Assembly: GCA_963783305.1 (NCBI GenBank)
Contig: CAWAMW010000007.1
Coordinates: 32,001-96,000 of the forward strand
Length of the DNA stretch: 64,000 nt
Direction: 5' to 3'
Source of the DNA: an uncultured Gemmatimonadales bacterium
Lineage (GTDB): Bacteria > Gemmatimonadota > Gemmatimonadetes > Longimicrobiales > RSA9
A program made the translations under genes and the position numbers. A model generated the notes under the pieces. It was not told where the DNA came from, did not search any database, and saw only the letters and a program-made list of their open reading frames with translations. Shown here piece by piece: positions 48,296 through 58,405 of this stretch; position 1 is the stretch's first letter, and each line of letters starts with the position of its first letter.

Positions 48296-49090
48296 ATGAG
48301 CCGATATCCGGATCGAAGGGACGAGAACAGGAGCGGCTGGGACGCGGTCTGGAACGCGATCTACACCCTGCTTCGGTTCATCGCGCGGCACGCTCGTGGC
48401 TTCTTCGGGGCGGTGTTCACCTACGTCTCGGTCAGCTTCATCGTGCTGGTTGGCGCCATCTGGGGCTTCGCCGAGATCTCGAGCGAGGTGCTGGCGGGGT
48501 CGACGCAAGCGCTGGATGAGTGGGTGCTGACCTATGTCGCCTCGCACCGATCGGATCTCCTGGATCACGTGGCGCTCGAGATCACTGCCCTCGGCAATTT
48601 CGCCACTCTGACCGTTCTCGTGCTCGTCGTGTCCGTCTTCCTCTGGGAAACGCGCCACCGGATCTCGGTAGCGCTGCTGTTCGCCGCCATGGCCGGCGGC
48701 GCCCTCCTCAATACGCTCCTCAAGGACATTTTCGATCGGCCGCGACCCACGGTGGTGGAGGCGAGCACCGAAGTCATGACGCAGTCGTTCCCCTCCGGTC
48801 ACGCCATGGGGGCGTTCATCGCATACGCGGGCGTCGCCTACCTGGCCGGCAGGCTCGGACCCACACGCACGCTCCGGGTCCTTACGTGGGCCTTCGCCGC
48901 CCTCCTCATCGTACTGGTGGGCGCAAGCCGCATCTACCTGGGCGTACACTACCCGAGCAATGTGCTCGCCGGCTACCTCGGTGGCCTCGCCTGGCTCGCG
49001 TTCGTCATGTCCGGCATCGCCGCCGCACGCTATTTCGCCCGACGCGAGCCGGCGGAGGCTGCCCGACACGAGCAGGACCTCGAGGCGTAG
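48296..49090 (+). CDS. PAP2-family membrane phosphatase
   Basis: LKDIFDRPRP, SFPSGHAM, SRIYLGVHYPSNV; several TM helices. Confidence 0.9.
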   Translation: MSRYPDRRDENRSGWDAVWNAIYTLLRFIARHARGFFGAVFTYVSVSFIVLVGAIWGFAEISSEVLAGSTQALDEWVLTYVASHRSDLLDHVALEITALGNFATLTVLVLVVSVFLWETRHRISVALLFAAMAGGALLNTLLKDIFDRPRPTVVEASTEVMTQSFPSGHAMGAFIAYAGVAYLAGRLGPTRTLRVLTWAFAALLIVLVGASRIYLGVHYPSNVLAGYLGGLAWLAFVMSGIAAARYFARREPAEAARHEQDLEA

Positions 49091-49197
49091 ACGCCGAGAC
49101 TCGGACCCGGCGCAGAGCCGCGCGATCTCGCCTTGTTGTTCGGCGGCCGCCGTCGCAGATTCAGGCGACGATCGCCGTTTCTCCTGGAGGTTTCCAC

Positions 49198-51858
49198 GTG
49201 CGCCAGTTCCAGGGCACTGCCCTGATGCCGCGCGGCACCTTGCTGCTCGCGCTGCCAGCCCTCGCCATGACCCTCGCCTCGACCCTCGACCCAGCCCCAC
49301 TGGCCGCGCAGCAGAGTGCTGCGCTCACGGACCCCGGCGTTTCCCTCGATCTGGCTCGACACCGCGCCGCCACACTCTCTGACATCCGCTACGACGTCGC
49401 GTTCCGAATCCCCGCGGACCGGGACGCCGACGTGACTGGCACGGTCACCATTTCCTTCGATCGCGCCGGTGCCGACCCCCTGGTGCTCGATTTTGCGGAT
49501 CCTGCGAAGGTTCGAGAGGTTCGCGTGGGCAGCCGCGCCGTCGACCACGAGTCCATCCACGACCACCTCGTGATCCCGCCCGGCGACCTGCCGGCGGGGC
49601 GCGGCGCGGTGACCATCGACTTCGTGGCGGCCGACGCCCCGCTGAATCGGCGGGACGACTTCCTCTACACCCTCTTCGTACCGGACCGCGCCCACGAGGC
49701 GCTCCCGTCGTTCGACCAGCCGGACCTCAAGGGCCGGTTCCGCCTTCGGCTCACGGTTCCCGCGGAGTGGACAGCGGTGGCCAACGGAGCGGTGGAGGAG
49801 CAGGAGAGGCGTGGCGATGAGGTCGTCTATCGATTCACCGAGACGGAGCCGCTGCCGACCTACCTGTTCGCATTCGCAGCGGGTGAATTCGAGGTGGAGG
49901 AGGCCGAGCGGGACGGGCGCCGCCTCCGGCTGATTCACCGGGAGACCGATGGCGAAAAAGTGGCGCGAAACCGCGATGCCATCTTCGACCTCCACGCCAC
50001 CGCCCTTGCCTGGCTCGAGGACTACACCGCCATTCCATATCCGTTCGGAAAGTTCGATCTGGTGGCCATCCCGTCCTTCCAGTACAACGGCATGGAGCAC
50101 CCGGGCGCCATCCTGTATCGGGCGTCCACCCTCTTCCTCGATGAGAGCGCCACCCGCAACCAGGAACTGGGGCGCGCCAGCGTGATTGCGCACGAGACCG
50201 CCCACATGTGGTTCGGCGACCTCGTCACCATGCGCTGGTTCGATGACGTATGGATGAAGGAGGTGTTCGCCAACTTCATGGCGGCCAAGATCGTGAACCC
50301 CTCGTTCCCGGACCTCGACCACGAACTGCGCTTCCTCGTCGCCCACTATCCGTCCGCGTATGGAGTGGATCGCACCGCAGGCGCAAACCCGATCCGGCAG
50401 CCGCTCGAGAACCTCGACGATGCGGGTAGCCTCTACGGCGCCATCATCTATCAGAAGGCGCCCATCGTCATGCGACAGCTGGAGCGACTCACGGGGGAGG
50501 AGCCCTTTCGCGCCGCACTCCGCTCCTACCTCGACGCGCACCGTTTCGGTAACGCCGGCTGGCCCGCGCTCGTGGAGGAGCTGGACCGTGTGACCGACCT
50601 CGACGTAGGGGCCTGGAGCCGCGTCTGGATCGAGGAGGCGGGGCGGCCCGTCATCGACCTCGAGGTCCAGCGCGCCGACCCATCGCCGCGGATCGTCCTC
50701 CGGCCCCGCGACCCGGCGGGGCGGGGAAGGGTCTGGCCGCAGCGAAGCGTCGTCTCTACCCTCGGCCGCGATGCCGTCGAGCCTCCCCACGGCCTCGCCT
50801 CCACCGCCCCGCCCCTCCAACCGCGGCCGCTCTCGACCGAACCCGTGACCCTCGCCGCGGACACCGTCACGCTACCGGAACCGCCCGGGACCCATGTGGT
50901 CCTGCCGAACGCGGACGGCCTGGGATACGGGCTGTTCCGACTCGACCCGCGATCGCGTCATGGGCTGATCGACGGCCTCGAAGAGCTCCCGGAGCCCCTC
51001 GAGCGCGCCGTCGCGTGGCTGGACCTGTGGGAAATGATGCTGGAGGGGGAAGTGGCGCCCGCGGCGCTCATGGAGACGGGGCTCCGGGTCGTCGCTCGTG
51101 AGTCCGATGAGCTGGTGGCGCAGCAGGTCCTCGGGGATCTGACGGAGCTCTTCTGGCGCTACCTGGACCCCGGCGTTCAGCGCGCCCGTGCCGCCGAGCT
51201 CGACCGGCTGCTCTGGAACCGAATCGAGGCCGTCGAAGGGGCGTCGGCGAAAGCGGCGTATTTCAACGCGTGGCGGTCCACGGCCCTCACCCCGGCCGCC
51301 CTCCAGCGGATGCGCGAGGTGTGGAGCGGCGAGCGCGTCATGGACGGCCTCCCACTCTCCGAGCGCGACCGTACGGAGCTGGCCCTCCAGCTCGCTGTGC
51401 GCGATGTGGAGGGCGCCGAAGCGCTCCTCGATCGGCAGGAGTCCCAGATCGAGAACCCGGACCGGCGGGAGCGCTTCGCATTCATCCGCAGAGCCGCATC
51501 GCCGGACCCGGCCGTCCGCCGCGCCTTCTTCGAGTCGCTCTCCGACCCGGCGAACCGGGCGCGGGAGGAATGGGTGGTGAGCGCGCTATCGCTGCTCCAC
51601 CACCCGCTGCGCGCCGACCAGTCCCTCGAGTACCTTCGACCGGGATTGGACCTCCTCCTGGAGGTGAGGGCCACGGGCGACATCTTCTTCCCCACCCGCT
51701 GGCTCGCTGCCACACTCGCGGGGCACTCCTCCGCCGCGGCCGCGGCCGTCGTGCACGACTTCATCGACAGCCACCCGGACTACCCCCCGCGCCTCATGGG
51801 CAAGCTGCTCCAGGAAGCCGATCCGCTCTTCCGGTCCCAGACCCTGCGGCAGCCCTAG
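49198..51858 (+). CDS. Secreted M1 aminopeptidase (aminopeptidase N-like)
   Basis: FDQPDLKG, PYPFGKFD, GMEHPG, AHETAHMWFGDLVTM...WMKE, YQKAP; GGAGG RBS; start 49198 or 49225. Confidence 0.93.
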   Translation: MRQFQGTALMPRGTLLLALPALAMTLASTLDPAPLAAQQSAALTDPGVSLDLARHRAATLSDIRYDVAFRIPADRDADVTGTVTISFDRAGADPLVLDFADPAKVREVRVGSRAVDHESIHDHLVIPPGDLPAGRGAVTIDFVAADAPLNRRDDFLYTLFVPDRAHEALPSFDQPDLKGRFRLRLTVPAEWTAVANGAVEEQERRGDEVVYRFTETEPLPTYLFAFAAGEFEVEEAERDGRRLRLIHRETDGEKVARNRDAIFDLHATALAWLEDYTAIPYPFGKFDLVAIPSFQYNGMEHPGAILYRASTLFLDESATRNQELGRASVIAHETAHMWFGDLVTMRWFDDVWMKEVFANFMAAKIVNPSFPDLDHELRFLVAHYPSAYGVDRTAGANPIRQPLENLDDAGSLYGAIIYQKAPIVMRQLERLTGEEPFRAALRSYLDAHRFGNAGWPALVEELDRVTDLDVGAWSRVWIEEAGRPVIDLEVQRADPSPRIVLRPRDPAGRGRVWPQRSVVSTLGRDAVEPPHGLASTAPPLQPRPLSTEPVTLAADTVTLPEPPGTHVVLPNADGLGYGLFRLDPRSRHGLIDGLEELPEPLERAVAWLDLWEMMLEGEVAPAALMETGLRVVARESDELVAQQVLGDLTELFWRYLDPGVQRARAAELDRLLWNRIEAVEGASAKAAYFNAWRSTALTPAALQRMREVWSGERVMDGLPLSERDRTELALQLAVRDVEGAEALLDRQESQIENPDRRERFAFIRRAASPDPAVRRAFFESLSDPANRAREEWVVSALSLLHHPLRADQSLEYLRPGLDLLLEVRATGDIFFPTRWLAATLAGHSSAAAAAVVHDFIDSHPDYPPRLMGKLLQEADPLFRSQTLRQP

Positions 51859-52917
51859 TCGCTGTACAGCGCCTCCAGCTCGTAGACCGAATCGGCCGGA
51901 CCGATCAGGATCATGGTCTCGCCCGGCTCGATCGTCCGCTGCGCCGCCGGTGTCAGGTCGAAGGAGCCATCCGGCCGACGGATCGCGAGGATCGATACGT
52001 TCCGCATCCGGCGGAGGTCGCAGCCCGCTATGGTCTGACCCGCGAAGGGGGAATCCCCGGCCACGGTGATCTGCCCCACATCCACGTCCGGGTCCGCACC
52101 GACCCGGAAGATCCGGCCGAAGAAGTCATGAACCGCGGGTCGGAGGAGCGCCAGGGCCAGGCGGTGGCCGCCGATGGAGGAGGGCGTCACGACCCGGTCC
52201 GCGCCGGCCCTGAGCAGCTTGCTCTCCAGCGTCTCGGTCCCCGAGCGGGCGATGATCAGGAGCCGCGGGTTCAACTCCCGGGCCGTAAGGACGGTCAGCA
52301 CGTTTTGCGCGTCACCGTCCAGCGCGGCGACCAGGCCGCGGGCGGTTTCGATCCGGGCCTGGCGCAGCGTTTCCTCGGAGGTAGCGTCCATCGAGAGGTG
52401 CGGGATGTTCCCCTCCAGCAGCTCTTCCTCCAGGCCCTCCTCCCAGTCCACGACCACGAAGGGCTCGCCTCGCGCCTCGAGGTCCCGCAGGATCTGCCGG
52501 CCGAGACGGCCATAGCCGCAGATGATGTAGTGCTCCCGCATGTCGCCGACCATGTCCCTGTTCCTCCTGCGCTGGACCGATACCCAGAATGTCTGGCCGA
52601 GCATGACCTCGGCGGCGTTGCTGATCGCCCACGCGGCCACGCCGACGCCGACGATGATGAGAAAGGTGGTGAAGAGCATCCCCGGCGCATCCAGCTCCAC
52701 CACCTCACGGAACCCCACCGTGGCCAGGGTGATGACCGTCATGTACAGCGCCTGAACGAAGGTCATGCCTTCGAGCAGGATATACCCGGCGGTGCCGAGC
52801 GCGATCAGGCCCAGGAGGAGGAGGAGGGAGAGCTGGAGCTGACGGATCGGCTCCGAGAGAGCCGATCGCAGACGCTGGACCAGTCTCGCCAGGGGGCTCG
52901 AGCGCGATCGACTCATG
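51855..52917 (-). CDS. Potassium channel protein (2-TM pore + TrkA-N/TrkA-C RCK domains)
   Basis: ALYMTVITLATVGF, HYIICGYGRLG, AGADRVVTP; start may be further upstream (ORF track 52979). Confidence 0.9.
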
Positions 52918-52947
52918 CCCGGACCGCGCCGATCCGGTAGACGTCCC

Positions 52948-53349
52948 TCACTCGTGTTGCTGCGCGCGCTCTGCGTCACGAGCGGCCCGCGCCTGCTGCC
53001 GCGCGCGGTCTTCCAGCACCACGTGCCGCTGCGCGTGCTCGACCTGGAATCTCATCGAACCCACACCCTCCCGCAGAATCCGGCTCTTCGTCGACAGGGA
53101 TCCGCCGCGCCCGGCCGCGATCTCCATGGCGCCCGCGAGCTGCGACAGCGCGTCGAAGCCGGCCCCCATGAACTCGATCTTCAGCCGGCCGAACGCCCGC
53201 TTGAGCGGCATGGTGAGCATTTCCGCCTGCTTGGGGTTCCTGGTACCCGCATAGCGCTCGACCTGGCCGTAGAGGCTCTGGACCTTGGTGAGCATCGCGT
53301 CGAGGGCCGCGAGCTGCATCTGTGCCTGGGGACTGAGAAGACCGGCCAT
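52948..53349 (-). CDS. Hypothetical helical protein, possibly HPt-like without the phospho-His
   Basis: All-helical; LKRAFGRLKIEFMGAGFDALSQLAGAME pattern. Confidence 0.6.
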   Translation of the reverse strand: MAGLLSPQAQMQLAALDAMLTKVQSLYGQVERYAGTRNPKQAEMLTMPLKRAFGRLKIEFMGAGFDALSQLAGAMEIAAGRGGSLSTKSRILREGVGSMRFQVEHAQRHVVLEDRARQQARAARDAERAQQHE

Positions 53350-53365
53350 CCGGCAACCTACGACC

Positions 53366-53446
53366 GCCGGGCGGCCGCGGCTACCGACCGGCCGGAGCCA
53401 CCGGGCGGTTGCGGCTACCGACCGGCCGGAGCCACCGGGCGGCTAC
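53366..53446 (+). repeat. 34-bp tandem repeat, ~2.4 copies
   Basis: GCGGCTACCGACCGGCCGGAGCCACCGGGCGG at 53377 and 53411. Confidence 0.85.
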
Positions 53447-54783
53447 TCGCCCGTGCTCGGCAGCCTCAGCCTCGCCACCGCGCCGCTGCGGTCGCGCCTG
53501 TCATGGAGCGTGAGCTGCCCCCCGTGCGCCTCGGCGATCTGTCGGCTCAAAGCGAGACCGATACCCGACCCCTCCGGCTTCGTGGTGAAGAAGGGGACGA
53601 AGAGGTTGGTGCTGTCTCCGATTCCGGGGCCCGCATCCCGCACCAGCACCTCCACGGAGCCGCCATCCCGCCGCCACTGGATCTCCACACCGCCGCCCGT
53701 CTCGAGGGAGGCGTCCACGGCGTTCGTGACCAGGTTGATCAGGAGCTGGTCCAGCTGGTCGCCATCGGCGGCGATCACCATCTCCGGTCCTCCAAGCACG
53801 GCCACCGGCAGGCGCGTCTCGAGCTCCGCCACGCGCCGGATCCAGGGCCGCACCTCCATCGGCTCCCGGTCGGGCGCCGGCAGCCGGGCAAGGTGCGCGT
53901 AGGACGCCATGAAGCGGTTCAGAGCCTTTGCGCGACCCGCGATGACGCCCAGCCCCTGGCGCACGTCGTCCTCCGCGTCCGCCGGCCGCGGCTCCCGCTC
54001 CAAAATCCGCTGCAGGCTCTCCGTCAGCGACAGGATGGGCGCCAGCGAGTTGTTGATCTCGTGACCCAATACCCGGACGAGCCGTTTCCACGCCTGCCGC
54101 TCCTCTTCGCGAAGAGCCCGACTCAGGTCCGCCAGCACGACCAGGTGGTGCCGCAGCCCCTCCTGCCGGAACGTGGTCCGACGCAGTTCCCAGCGACCGG
54201 TGCCCCCGGGGTAGCGGGAGTCCAGCGTGCGGGGCGTCTCGCCCGTCAGCGTCTCGCCAAGCCCCAACTCGTCCGCGCTCCGCTCCAGCAGGCGGTCCGC
54301 CGGGCGGCCCAGGAGCCTCTCGCCCGCGCGGTTGACGAGCTTCAGTCGCCCGTCGCCATCGAACGCGAAGACCGCCACCTCGATCTCCGCCATGACTTTC
54401 CGGAGCAGGGTGCTGGCCTCTACGGCGCCCAGTCGCTGCTCGCGGAGCGTGTAGCCCAGCGAGTTGATCTCCAGCAGGGCGAGGCCGAGTGCGTTGTCCG
54501 GTTGCGCGTTGCGGGCGCGGATCGAGAAGTCGCCCTCGCGGAGCGCGCCCAGGAGGTTCGACAGCGTCTGGAGCGGGCGAGCCACGCGCTCGCGGAGGAT
54601 GGTGGCCGCGCCCAGCCACACGACGATGATCAGCGTGGAGAGGGTCCACTGAACCCGCGGTGCGAAGGCGCCCGTCCACAGGAGGACCAGCGCCGTGACG
54701 GAGCCGGGCAGGCCCGCGAAGAGCGCCAGGAGGAACACGCGGCGCTCATGGGAGAAGCGCCCCGCCGGCCGCTCCGTCTTCAC
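53443..54783 (-). CDS. Sensor histidine kinase (NtrY-like; TM, PAS, HisKA, HATPase)
   Basis: AWKRLVRVLGHEINNSLAPI, INLVTNAVDA, DAGPGI, FVPFFTTKPEGSGIGLALSRQIAEAHGG. Confidence 0.93.
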   Translation of the reverse strand: MKTERPAGRFSHERRVFLLALFAGLPGSVTALVLLWTGAFAPRVQWTLSTLIIVVWLGAATILRERVARPLQTLSNLLGALREGDFSIRARNAQPDNALGLALLEINSLGYTLREQRLGAVEASTLLRKVMAEIEVAVFAFDGDGRLKLVNRAGERLLGRPADRLLERSADELGLGETLTGETPRTLDSRYPGGTGRWELRRTTFRQEGLRHHLVVLADLSRALREEERQAWKRLVRVLGHEINNSLAPILSLTESLQRILEREPRPADAEDDVRQGLGVIAGRAKALNRFMASYAHLARLPAPDREPMEVRPWIRRVAELETRLPVAVLGGPEMVIAADGDQLDQLLINLVTNAVDASLETGGGVEIQWRRDGGSVEVLVRDAGPGIGDSTNLFVPFFTTKPEGSGIGLALSRQIAEAHGGQLTLHDRRDRSGAVARLRLPSTGE

Positions 54784-54856
54784 CGGTCGTGCCTCGCGAG
54801 CGGCACGCGCGCGCGTCGGCCCCGATCGCCGGTCCTCGAGTACCGCGTCCGGTCGC

Positions 54857-56206
54857 TCACAGGTCGTGCTTCTGGAGCCTCCGATAAAGAGCGCTCCGGC
54901 TGAGGCCCAGGGCCTCAGCCGCCCGGCTCACGTTGCCGTCGTAGCGGGTGATCGCCTTCTGGATGAGGACGCGCTCGGCATCATCGAGGGTCATCTTGTC
55001 GAGCCGGTCCAGCGTCTCGGCCGGCAGCCGCAGGTTGAGATCGGCCTCCTGGACCTGCCGCTCCCGCGCCATCAGCACCGCTCGCTCCACCACGTGCTCC
55101 AGCTCCCGCACGTTGCCAGGCCAGGGGTGGTCCAGCAGCGCCTGCATCGCAGGCTTCTCGAAACCGGTCAGCTCTTTCCCGTAGTGGTCCGTCTGCCGCT
55201 GGAGGAACCGCGCCGCCAGCACCGGGATGTCCTCCCGCCTGTCCCGCAACGGCGGGAGCCGGATCTCCACCGTGTTGAGCCGGTAGAGCAGGTCCTCCCG
55301 GAACTCGCCCGCCGCGATCGCCTTGTCGATGTCCGCGTTCGTGGCCGAGATCACCCGCACGTCCACGTTTCGCGCCTTCGACGAGCCCACCCGCTGCACC
55401 TCGCCGCTCTCCAGGACCCGCAGCAGCTTCGCCTGCTGCTTCGGCGTGATGTTCGCGATCTCGTCCAGGAAGAGCGTTCCGCGGTCCGCCAGCTCGAAGC
55501 AGCCCACGCGATCCGTCTTGGCGTCCGTGAAGGCACCCTTCACGTGCCCGAACAGCTCGCTCTCGAACAGCGTCTCGCTGAAACCGCCGGCATTCACCGC
55601 GATCAGTGGCCGATCGCTTCGCCGCGACGCCGCGTGCAGCCACCGCGCCACGACTTCCTTCCCCGTTCCGTGCTCGCCCGTGACCAGCACGTTCGCGTCC
55701 GACGGGCCCACCCGCTCCATCACCCGCAGGACCGGATGCATCGCCCGCGACGACGCCACGAAGTCGGGCAGGTTCTGCTTCCGCAGCCGCTTGTTCTCCC
55801 CCTCCAGCGTATGCTTCTCACGCACCGTCTTCGCCAGCTCGATCTGCGTGCGCAGCATGCTCAGCAGCCGCATGTTGTCCCACGGCTTCTCGATGTAGTC
55901 GCGGGCCCCCAGCCGCATCGCCTCCACCGCCCCCTCCACGCTCCCCCACGCCGTCATCACGATGATCGGCAGCGTGTGGTCCAGCGCCCGCAGCTTCGAC
56001 AGCACGTCGAGTCCCTCGCGCCCGGACGTCGTGTCCCGCGCGTAGTTCAGGTCCATCAGCACCGCGTCGAAGTCGCGCGCGGAAACCAGCTCGAGGATCT
56101 CCTCCGGCGAAGACGCCGTCTGGATCAGGAATCCCTCCCCCTTCAGCAGGAGGCGGAGCGCCTGGAGCACGTCGGGCTGGTCGTCGGCGATAAGGAGGTT
56201 CGGCAT
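54857..56206 (-). CDS. Sigma-54-type (NtrC-family) response regulator
   Basis: LIADDQ, LMDLNY, GEHGTGKE, ESELFGHVKGAFTDAK, LFLDEI, FREDLLYRLN, WPGNVRELEH, C-terminal HTH. Confidence 0.95.
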   Translation of the reverse strand: MPNLLIADDQPDVLQALRLLLKGEGFLIQTASSPEEILELVSARDFDAVLMDLNYARDTTSGREGLDVLSKLRALDHTLPIIVMTAWGSVEGAVEAMRLGARDYIEKPWDNMRLLSMLRTQIELAKTVREKHTLEGENKRLRKQNLPDFVASSRAMHPVLRVMERVGPSDANVLVTGEHGTGKEVVARWLHAASRRSDRPLIAVNAGGFSETLFESELFGHVKGAFTDAKTDRVGCFELADRGTLFLDEIANITPKQQAKLLRVLESGEVQRVGSSKARNVDVRVISATNADIDKAIAAGEFREDLLYRLNTVEIRLPPLRDRREDIPVLAARFLQRQTDHYGKELTGFEKPAMQALLDHPWPGNVRELEHVVERAVLMARERQVQEADLNLRLPAETLDRLDKMTLDDAERVLIQKAITRYDGNVSRAAEALGLSRSALYRRLQKHDL

Positions 56207-56290
56207 CGGTGTCCGATTACGGGATTGATGAGTTAATCTACGGGCACGGCGCCGTGACGCGAGTGCCGCGGACCCAGAGAGAGCGATCCC

Positions 56291-56456
56291 GGACCGCCCG
56301 AGCACACCGCCCGAGTACGCCGCCCAGGTCCGCCGTCCAGGTCCCCCGCCCGAGTCCGCCGCCCGAGTCCGCCGCCCAGGTCCGCCGCCCAGGTCCGCCG
56401 CCCAGGCCCGCCGCCCAGGCCCGCCGCCCAGGCCCGCCGCCCAGGCCCGCCGCCCA
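56291..56456 (+). repeat. 13-bp VNTR (CCGCCGCCCAGGY / CCGCCGCCCGAGT), ~12.8 copies
   Basis: Counted directly; variant units cluster together. Confidence 0.95.
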
Positions 56457-56765
56457 TTCACTCCGCCTGGACCTCGATCGTTCGAGGCGAACCTTCGGCG
56501 CGCAGGTCGGAAGCCTGGCCGTCGAAACTCCTTCAGTCCGGGGTGGATTCGCCATTGGAGGGGGCTACCGGTGCGTTTCCCGTTATCCCCCGGATACCGG
56601 GGTCAACCCGGCGCCCCTCGTGCGAGACCTCATCCCCAGTCCATTATCCACCGAATACCGAGGGCGATTGCACAACGGGCTGGTGTGACGGTAGGAGCCG
56701 GGCCGGCGCTCGCTGTCGGGGTCCAAATAGGTTCCAGCGCCCCGCGGAGCGGGCGCATCATGCCG

Positions 56766-57458
56766 TCAGGTGGTTTCCGCCAGTTCCTGGCGCCCGGCGA
56801 TCCAGCCATCCAGGAGCTCGATGACGCGATCCCCGTAGGCCGCCATCTCGTTGGAGTGTGTGACCTGGATGATGGTCGTGCCCTCCTGGTTCAGACGGGT
56901 GAAGAGCTCCATGATCTCATGGCTCTGCTTCGAGTGCAGGTTCCCCGTGGGCTCGTCGGCGAGGATCAGCTTGGGGCTCGCGATGATCGCGCGGGCCACG
57001 CCCACCAGCTGCTGCTGCCCGCCCGACAGCTGGCTGGGGAAGAGGTCCTTCTTCGCCACGATGCCGAAACGGTCCAGAACGTCGGCCACCAGCGCCTGGC
57101 GCTCGGCGCGCTTTACGTTCCGGTAACTCAGCGGGATATCCAGGTTCTCCTCCACCGTCAGATCATCGATCAGGTGGTACTGCTGGAAGACGAACCCCAC
57201 GTGCCGTTTGTTCAGCTCCATGCGGGCGCGCGGCTTCAGCGCGTGGACCGGCTCACCCGCCAGCCAGTACTCGCCGTTCCAGTCGTGGTCCAGCATGCCG
57301 AGAATGCTGAGCAGCGTCGACTTGCCCGCGCCGGAAGGGCCCATCACGGTGATGAACTCGCCCTCCTCGACGTCCGCCGTGATCTGACGGAGCACATAGC
57401 TCCGCCCGGCCTTGGTCTCGAAGTGCCGTTCGACGTTCCTGAGCTGGATCAGCGCCAT
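56766..57458 (-). CDS. ABC transporter ATP-binding protein (MacB/LolD family)
   Basis: [29 protein letters not shown]. Confidence 0.95.
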   Translation of the reverse strand: MALIQLRNVERHFETKAGRSYVLRQITADVEEGEFITVMGPSGAGKSTLLSILGMLDHDWNGEYWLAGEPVHALKPRARMELNKRHVGFVFQQYHLIDDLTVEENLDIPLSYRNVKRAERQALVADVLDRFGIVAKKDLFPSQLSGGQQQLVGVARAIIASPKLILADEPTGNLHSKQSHEIMELFTRLNQEGTTIIQVTHSNEMAAYGDRVIELLDGWIAGRQELAETT

Positions 57459-57477
57459 CGGTTCTCCCTGTTCGTGC

Positions 57478-58212
57478 TCAGACCTCGAAGCCCGCTTCCT
57501 CCAGCTCGTGCGCCTCACGGCGATCCTCGTCCTCTACGATCCGGCCGTCGAACAGATGGATCGTGCGCTGCGCGTGCTGCGCGTACCGCGGGTCGTGCGT
57601 TACCATGCACACCGTCGCACCGCCCGCGTGCAGCTCCTCCATCAGGCTCATGACCGACTCGCCGTTGGCCGAGTCCAGGTTCCCCGTCGGCTCGTCCGCC
57701 AGCAGCATGAGCGGGTCGCCCACGATCGCCCGGGCCACGGCCACACGCTGCTGCTGACCGCCCGAGAGCTGCGACGGGTAGTGCTTCATCCGATGCGCCA
57801 TCCCCACCCGCTCCAGCGCCTCCTCCACCCGCTGCTTCCGCTCCTTCCCAGGCATGCCCCGGTACGTCAGCGGGAGCTCCACGTTCTCGTAGACGTTCAG
57901 GTCACCGATCAGGTTGAAGGCCTGGAAGATGAACCCGATGGCCCGGTTCCGAATGTGCGCCCGCTGACTCGCCGTCAGGTTCGCCACCGGCCGACCATCG
58001 AGGATGTACTCCCCGCTCGTAGGGGAGTCCAGCAGCCCCAGCAGGCTCAGGAGCGTCGTCTTGCCACACCCCGACGGGCCGGCGATCGCGACGTACTCGC
58101 CAGGCCGGATGTCCAGGTGCACGTCGTTCAGCGCGTGGGTCTCCACCTCCTCGGTGTAGAAGACCTTCGTCACGCCATCCAGCTTGATCATCGGCTCCAT
58201 CTGCGTTGCCAT
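57478..58212 (-). CDS. ABC transporter ATP-binding protein (MacB/LolD family)
   Basis: [42 protein letters not shown]. Confidence 0.95.
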   Translation of the reverse strand: MATQMEPMIKLDGVTKVFYTEEVETHALNDVHLDIRPGEYVAIAGPSGCGKTTLLSLLGLLDSPTSGEYILDGRPVANLTASQRAHIRNRAIGFIFQAFNLIGDLNVYENVELPLTYRGMPGKERKQRVEEALERVGMAHRMKHYPSQLSGGQQQRVAVARAIVGDPLMLLADEPTGNLDSANGESVMSLMEELHAGGATVCMVTHDPRYAQHAQRTIHLFDGRIVEDEDRREAHELEEAGFEV

Positions 58213-58269
58213 CAGGGCTCCAGGATTGGGGGATCGAGATCGGGATCGGGTTGTGAACCGCGAAGCGCG

Positions 58270-58324
58270 ATCTGTTCTCTGTAATCTGTTCTCTGTAATC
58301 TGTTCTATGTAATCTGTTATATAA
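58270..58324 (+). repeat. AT-rich 14-bp tandem repeat (ATCTGTTCTCTGTA) x~4
   Basis: Two exact copies plus two variants between the adaptor and ATPase genes. Confidence 0.9.
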
Positions 58325-58405
58325 GACGCCACGACCGCCCGCGTGGTTGGCTCCGCCTCCACCCCCGCCGCGCGTCCGGGGCCAGTGAAGAGATCGTGTC
58401 CGTCC

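Noticed and set aside
52700..52730. Unusual K+ filter TVGFRE instead of TVGYG
   Set aside because: To my knowledge this variant is frequent in prokaryotic RCK-linked channels, so it is not evidence of novelty
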